Position numbers and translations under genes: made by a program. Positions 16,084-20,000 of a DNA stretch of 20,000 bases are shown piece by piece. Numbering within the stretch: the first letter of the stretch is position 1; each line of letters begins with the position of its first letter. The stretch lies in the IMG/VR virus record IMGVR_UViG_2875459517_000002; one strand, written 5' to 3'. The stretch is from an uncultured virus (IMG/VR IMGVR_UViG_2875459517_000002). Lineage: Duplodnaviria; Heunggongvirae; Uroviricota; Caudoviricetes. The notes below the pieces were generated by a model. The model was not told the DNA's origin and did not search any database. It saw only the letters and a list, made by a program, of their open reading frames with translations.

Positions 16084-16368
16084 ATGTCGGAGCCGACTAA
16101 CACCGAGTTCCGCGAAAAGATAGCGGATATTCGCGAGTGGCTTGTTCGGATAGACACCAAGGTCGATTACTTTAACGAAGTCAAGCTTAGAGCCGATCAG
16201 GCTTACGAAAAGGCAGATCAGGCGGAAGAGAAAGCTGAAAAAGCGTTGGCGATGTCGATGGAAAATCAGTCTGACGTTACAGATATGAAAGCAAATACGA
16301 AATGGGTATGGGGCGTGATGATAGGTGTCGCAGGATTAGCGATATCAGGAATCGCGCTCTTTTTATAA
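16084..16368 (+). CDS. XhlA-like holin-associated lysis protein
   Basis: N-terminal coiled coil (LVRIDTK) and a single C-terminal TM helix after N.KW.WG; AAGGAGG RBS; upstream of the endolysin. Confidence 0.75.
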   Translation: MSEPTNTEFREKIADIREWLVRIDTKVDYFNEVKLRADQAYEKADQAEEKAEKALAMSMENQSDVTDMKANTKWVWGVMIGVAGLAISGIALFL

Positions 16369-16385
16369 CCGAATAAACGAAGTAC

Positions 16386-16418
16386 GCCCGTCAGGTGAGA
16401 GTCCCGGCGGGCTTTTTT
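16386..16418 (+). terminator. Terminator-like hairpin inside the lysis cassette
   Basis: GCCCGTCAGG-TGAGAGT-CCCGGCGGGC followed by TTTTTT. Confidence 0.7.
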
Positions 16419-16449
16419 AATGCGAAAAATACGAAAAGGGGACGATTTA

Positions 16450-17388
16450 ATGGCGATTTCAGTACGTAAGAACCTAGTGGCTGTGAGTAAGTATTCGATT
16501 AAGTGTCCGTATTCAATGGATGCGAAGTACATCACGTTCCACAATACGGCCAACGATGCTTCAGCAGACGCAGAGATCCGATATATGATCGGAAACAGCA
16601 ACGAAGTGTCTTACCATTTCGCAGTAGACGATAAGGAAGTCGTTCAAGGTATTCCAACGGACCGTAACGCATTTCACTGCGGAGATGGTAGCAGCGTAAA
16701 TTCCGGAAACCGGACGTCTATTGGCGTCGAGGTGTGCTACTCGAAATCCGGCGGTTCTAAGTATGAAGCGGCCGAAAAACTGGCGATCAAATTTATTGCG
16801 CAATTGCTGAAGGAACGCGGATGGGGCATCGATCGTCTGCGTAAACACCAAGACTGGTCCGGTAAATACTGTCCACATCGTGTGTTAGCAGATGGCCGTT
16901 GGGAATCCGTAAAAGCGGCAATCGCAGCGGAACTCAAAGCGCTCGGTGGCAAGTCTTCCGCAAGCAAGCCGACCAAGGCATCCGGATCGACATACACCGT
17001 TAAGAAAGGCGATACTTTGTCCGAAATTGCGGTGAAAACTGGCGTCAGTATAGCGAAGTTACAAACATACAATGGCATTAAGAATGCGAATAAGATTACG
17101 GTCGGCCAAGTGTTAAAACTGACGGGGGCGGCCGGCTCTTCTAAGCCGTCATCCAGCGGCAAGAAATACGTCTACCTTCCGGCGTCTGCCGCCTCATGGC
17201 GCATCTATCCTACGAATAAAGCGCCGGTCAAAGGGAACGAATGCGGATTATTGCGTCCTAAGAAATTCGGCGGCCTGAAGTACGAGGTTCTCGGTAATCC
17301 ACAGACCGACGTGTACACGATCAAGACGGACCAGTTCGGAAAGGTGAATATTTATGCCGCGAAGTCCACGGGCGCAACAGTAAAATAA
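16450..17388 (+). CDS. Endolysin: N-acetylmuramoyl-L-alanine amidase (Amidase_2, CwlA/XlyA-like) + LysM + C-terminal putative wall-binding domain
   Basis: HNTAN..A..E, SYHFAVDD, SIGVE.C and HQDWSGKYCP motifs; LysM YTVKKGDTLSEIA...GQVLK. ATG 16450 follows AAAGGGG. Confidence 0.95.
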   Translation: MAISVRKNLVAVSKYSIKCPYSMDAKYITFHNTANDASADAEIRYMIGNSNEVSYHFAVDDKEVVQGIPTDRNAFHCGDGSSVNSGNRTSIGVEVCYSKSGGSKYEAAEKLAIKFIAQLLKERGWGIDRLRKHQDWSGKYCPHRVLADGRWESVKAAIAAELKALGGKSSASKPTKASGSTYTVKKGDTLSEIAVKTGVSIAKLQTYNGIKNANKITVGQVLKLTGAAGSSKPSSSGKKYVYLPASAASWRIYPTNKAPVKGNECGLLRPKKFGGLKYEVLGNPQTDVYTIKTDQFGKVNIYAAKSTGATVK

Positions 17389-17409
17389 ACGAAAAGGGAG
17401 ACGATAATT

Positions 17410-17667
17410 ATGGAAGAAGTATTAATTTTCGCGACTATCCTCGCGCCTATCTTAACGGCGCTCGTTCAGCTCGTTAAGAAAACGGTTAAGATGCCGACGA
17501 ATATTGTGCCGGCTCTCAGTTTCGTCATCGGCATCGGATTGGGCGCGATTGCCTATCCGTTTACTGACCTCGACTTGGTGCTGCGTTTGTGGGCCGGCGG
17601 CTTTGCGGGTCTGGCGGCGACGGGTCTTTTCGAAATCGGAACAAAACGAGAGGGAACTACGAAATAA
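17410..17667 (+). CDS. Holin (A118-like)
   Basis: 85 aa with three hydrophobic segments, LVQLVKK and AG..AGLAATGLFE motifs, charged tail; follows the endolysin. Confidence 0.88.
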   Translation: MEEVLIFATILAPILTALVQLVKKTVKMPTNIVPALSFVIGIGLGAIAYPFTDLDLVLRLWAGGFAGLAATGLFEIGTKREGTTK

Positions 17668-17732
17668 AATAACGGAACTTTTTGCGGGCGCTTGCGTATG
17701 AATACGTAGGTGCTTGCGTACATAAAAACTCA

Positions 17733-17762
17733 TTGCGGATAAGTTTGGCGCCGTAGTATAAT
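17733..17762 (+). promoter_or_regulatory. Putative sigma-A promoter of the moron gene
   Basis: TTGCGG-N18-TATAAT upstream of the RBS and GTG 17797. Confidence 0.6.
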
Positions 17763-17796
17763 TTTGTTAACTCATATAAAGGACGGGTGGCTCAAC

Positions 17797-18126
17797 GTGG
17801 AATATAAAACGGTGACTGTAAGGAAGCAGAAATTTGGCGCAGGTCGAATAGTATGTTTGACGATTGGCATCCTACTCGTTTTATTTGGCTTTCTCTTAAG
17901 CTTGACAATTATCGGAATAATTGCGGGTGGTATGTTAATCATCTTCAGTTTACCGTTCTTTGCGATGGCTAAAGGCGGCGCGAAGTATACGTGTCCTAAC
18001 TGCGGATATAAACATAACGGGGTAGCTTCAGGTAGCGTAAACGCAACTTGTAGGCGTTGTAAGCAAAACATCGCTGTTAATTGGCTTGATCCTCCGTCTA
18101 AAAATAAATCAGATAAAGCGTTATAA
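17797..18126 (+). CDS. Hypothetical membrane protein with C-terminal zinc ribbon (moron)
   Basis: Long hydrophobic stretch (about 2 TM helices), then CPNC...CRRC. GTG 17797 follows AAAGGACGGGTGG. Confidence 0.78.
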   Translation: MEYKTVTVRKQKFGAGRIVCLTIGILLVLFGFLLSLTIIGIIAGGMLIIFSLPFFAMAKGGAKYTCPNCGYKHNGVASGSVNATCRRCKQNIAVNWLDPPSKNKSDKAL

Positions 18127-18130
18127 AACG

Positions 18131-18167
18131 AAAACAGCCCCGTCCTTAACCGGATGGGGCGTTTTTT
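18131..18167. terminator. Likely bidirectional terminator between convergent genes
   Basis: AAAAC-A-GCCCCGTCC-TTAACC-GGATGGGGC-GTTTTTT; overlaps the yolD stop codon. Confidence 0.8.
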
Positions 18168-18481
18168 ACGTTTATGATATCCGCAAACCTCACGAAATTG
18201 GTGTCGCCCTTGGCGTCCTTCACACGAAATTCCTTCCGTATGTGATCCACGTAATGAACTGCACCGATTACTTCGCGTATGTATCCGTCGTCGTAAAGCT
18301 CAAACGACAAATCTGCGCCTACTTCCATCGATTGCGCGACCGTCACTTCCATATCCTCGATCTGCTGCGCGTCCAGTTGCGGCTTCTCTACTTTAAGCTT
18401 CGCCTCGGCCAGTCTCTGAAAGCCTTCGCGTAATTCCGGCAAGATAAAACTCGAAGCCCACAGTTTGTTATCGCTAGTCAT
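18146..18481 (-). CDS. yolD: YolD-like family protein
   Basis: W.S.FILPE.RE...KP.LD.QQIE.....V..S....ITF-like...G.V..VD......V.......V.F.DII.V pattern. ATG 18481 is preceded by GGAGGTG. Confidence 0.88.
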   Translation of the reverse strand: MTSDNKLWASSFILPELREGFQRLAEAKLKVEKPQLDAQQIEDMEVTVAQSMEVGADLSFELYDDGYIREVIGAVHYVDHIRKEFRVKDAKGDTNFVRFADIINVKNAPSG

Positions 18482-18500
18482 GCCGAACACCTCCGGCTTT

Positions 18501-18530
18501 ATTATATGCGAATATGTGTTCGGTTATCAA
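18501..18530 (-). promoter_or_regulatory. Sigma-A promoter with a LexA/DinR SOS box (18509-18522) in its spacer
   Basis: Minus strand TTGATA-N18-TATAAT; CGAACACATATTCG has one mismatch to the Bacillus consensus CGAACRNRYGTTCG. Confidence 0.82.
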
Positions 18531-18556
18531 TCGGAAATATCAGCCATAACGAGGAG

Positions 18557-18808
18557 CTATTGTTGTTCGTCTTTTTTAAAAGCGCTTCGCAATTTCTCTT
18601 CAATGGACTCTTCGTTGGTTTCAATTTTATATAATAATTCGTGAAAATCATCTCGCAGCTTACTAATATTAGTTGCTAAATATCCGTCCATCTTTGAACC
18701 ACTAAGTTCATAAATACGCGATTTTTCAAGATCTTTCAACCTGTTTTCTATATTATTAATTTCACGTCTGTACTTTTTGACGACTCCATTACCATTGTCC
18801 GTCGACAT
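18557..18808 (-). CDS. Hypothetical 83-aa charged helical protein
   Basis: AGGAGGTG RBS before ATG 18808; AT-rich; starts 19 bp downstream of the HTH gene. Confidence 0.72.
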   Translation of the reverse strand: MSTDNGNGVVKKYRREINNIENRLKDLEKSRIYELSGSKMDGYLATNISKLRDDFHELLYKIETNEESIEEKLRSAFKKDEQQ

Positions 18809-18827
18809 TATATTCACCTCCTCTCGC

Positions 18828-19034
18828 TCACTCACGAATTTCAAACAACTCATTCATATCTGTTATGTTAAGCTCTTTCGCAATTTTGGCAACATGCTCT
18901 CGGTTAAAAGATGTCCGCTGATTCGAGCAAAGCTCAGAGATAACGTTTCTTCTAATCCCTATTTTATCTGCGAACTTCATTTTCGGTATATTACGGCTGT
19001 CCAATATTTCTTCAAGCTTTATATAAAGCCGCAT
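18828..19034 (-). CDS. Cro/CI-type (XRE, HTH_26-like) transcriptional regulator
   Basis: L.EIL..R.I....FA.KIGI....IS.L.....IA..L.I..M.ELF pattern; AAGGAGG RBS. Confidence 0.9.
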   Translation of the reverse strand: MRLYIKLEEILDSRNIPKMKFADKIGIRRNVISELCSNQRTSFNREHVAKIAKELNITDMNELFEIRE

Positions 19035-19122
19035 AACTCTTCCTCCTTGATTCTGATCGTTATCGGATAAGGTAGATTTATTATACCTTAAATTTTCCTA
19101 AATCGAAATCAAAAATATTAAT

Positions 19123-19196
19123 TTATCGATAAAAAGATAAAAGAGTTGACTTATCGATAAAACGATAATATTATTTTATTATCGATAAAGCGATAA
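19123..19196. repeat. Three 18-bp operator-like repeats TTATCGATAAA(A/G)(A/C)GATAA with a 28-bp period
   Basis: 19123-19140 TTATCGATAAAAAGATAA; 19151-19168 TTATCGATAAAACGATAA; 19179-19196 TTATCGATAAAGCGATAA. Confidence 0.92.
19146..19174 (+). promoter_or_regulatory. Sigma-A promoter for the 19209 gene
   Basis: TTGACT-N17-TATTAT; the second repeat fills the spacer. Confidence 0.8.
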
Positions 19197-19208
19197 GGAG
19201 GTGGAGGT

Positions 19209-20000
19209 ATGCATTACTTAGCGGAGCATCAAACGTTTAATTCAACGGCTGCCCTAAACGCGGCAGTCTACGAACACATCAAGCGCAATACATACGACCT
19301 GAACGACACTGACCGCCAAGCGCTGAAGAAGATCGCTCGGTATGCGGTTAAGTTCAGCGGGGTGGCGCACCTGAAGGCGGAAACGCTGGCGGAACTCATT
19401 GGTAAGTCCGTCAAGACTGCGCGTCGGGCCCTGAATAAATTGGCGACGCTCGGCATCGTTAAGAAAATCGCAACAACCCGGAAGATAAACGGAGGGAAGG
19501 GCGCGAACATAATCGTGATCCTGCCGGTGGATGACCAGTCGACAATGACCAATCGCGGTCAAGCCGAAAAGCCAACGGAGACAACGGCCGAGGCACCGAA
19601 AACGGAAAACGAACCATCGGATTCTATTAAGCGTTCTAAAAACCAAAATAACGTATTAGATACGGCAACTGTACCGGCTGAAGCGTTAAAAGGAGCGTTG
19701 CCTGACGAAATCTACAACGCGATGTCTCGCTACTTTGACGCAGAGGATATTTATAAATACTACGGGATTTTACTTCGCGCTAAGGCAAGCGTAGACAGAA
19801 CGATCAGGCTCGAAGAACATGCGGCTCCTTTCGTTGAAGCGTGGCACGCAACGATTATGAAAGCGAAATCGCACGAAATTAGACGTTTCGAAGATTACCT
19901 ATACGCAGGGTTCAGGAAGGCGGCTTGGACGGTTAAGGCGCGTTTAAATTGTGGGGGATCGCTCATGGATCGTTTCAGGCAGGCGTTTGAAACAGCGTAA
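19209..20000 (+). CDS. Winged-helix HTH domain protein, putative replication initiator
   Basis: N-terminal wHTH (ETLAELIGKSVKTARRALNKLATLGIV...GG.GAN), low-complexity linker and helical C-domain; AAGGAGGTGGAGG RBS; stop at 19998-20000. Confidence 0.7.
   Translation: MHYLAEHQTFNSTAALNAAVYEHIKRNTYDLNDTDRQALKKIARYAVKFSGVAHLKAETLAELIGKSVKTARRALNKLATLGIVKKIATTRKINGGKGANIIVILPVDDQSTMTNRGQAEKPTETTAEAPKTENEPSDSIKRSKNQNNVLDTATVPAEALKGALPDEIYNAMSRYFDAEDIYKYYGILLRAKASVDRTIRLEEHAAPFVEAWHATIMKAKSHEIRRFEDYLYAGFRKAAWTVKARLNCGGSLMDRFRQAFETA

Larger units (their letters stand above)
1..17667 (+). mobile_element. Temperate siphophage/prophage morphogenesis and lysis module (continues beyond the left edge; phage accessory genes probably continue to 20000)
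   Basis: Canonical gene order capsid - connectors - tail tube - chaperones - TMP - Dit - Tal - fibres - lysis, all co-oriented and tightly packed with Bacillus-type RBSs. Confidence 0.97.

Noticed and set aside
16382..16412. Group II intron or tRNA remnant (GTACGCCCG...GGTGAGAGTCCC)
   Set aside because: Only about 30 nt, with no domain V, RT ORF or cloverleaf; kept only as a hairpin.
16420..16449. Upstream ATG for the endolysin
   Set aside because: It directly follows the terminator U-tract with no RBS, whereas ATG 16450 has an RBS and gives a CwlA-like N-terminus.
16060..17677. Exact 11-mer AAATAACGGAA flanking the lysis cassette (16060-16070 and 17667-17677)
   Set aside because: An A-rich 11-mer repeat is expected by chance in 20 kb and overlaps stop/RBS context; too weak to call a recombination site.
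18086..18433. 115-aa + strand ORF opposite yolD (also 18777-19070)
   Set aside because: It crosses a terminator, has no RBS and is antisense to well-supported genes.
19123..19196. Mini-CRISPR interpretation of the 18-bp repeats
   Set aside because: Spacers are only 10 bp, there are no cas genes, and the repeats sit exactly on promoter elements.

Overview
Late-gene and right-hand accessory region of a temperate siphophage or prophage, most likely from the Bacillus subtilis group (inferred from CwlA/XlyA-like, XkdX-like and YolD-like proteins and sigma-A/LexA-type signals). The + strand carries the 3' part of an HK97-type major capsid gene, head-tail connectors, major tail protein, tail chaperones, a 1782-aa tape measure with an SLT domain, Dit, Tal, a beta-helix/peptidase G2 tail spike, a BppU-like fibre, two small fibre-associated genes and an XhlA-like/endolysin/holin lysis cassette. 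Two recoding sites are visible: a CCC-TAA +1 frameshift that would fuse FN3 and Ig-like domains to the capsid, and an A-AAA-AAC -1 frameshift giving a gpG-T chaperone missing from the ORF track. After the lysis genes lie a self-promoted membrane/zinc-ribbon moron, an SOS-box-controlled solo yolD, and a divergent switch. In that switch a small HTH gene and an unknown gene face a winged-helix, replication-initiator-like gene across three 18-bp operators spaced exactly 28 bp apart. No integrase, att site, RNA gene or CRISPR array is visible. All family assignments are by motif recognition, not database search.
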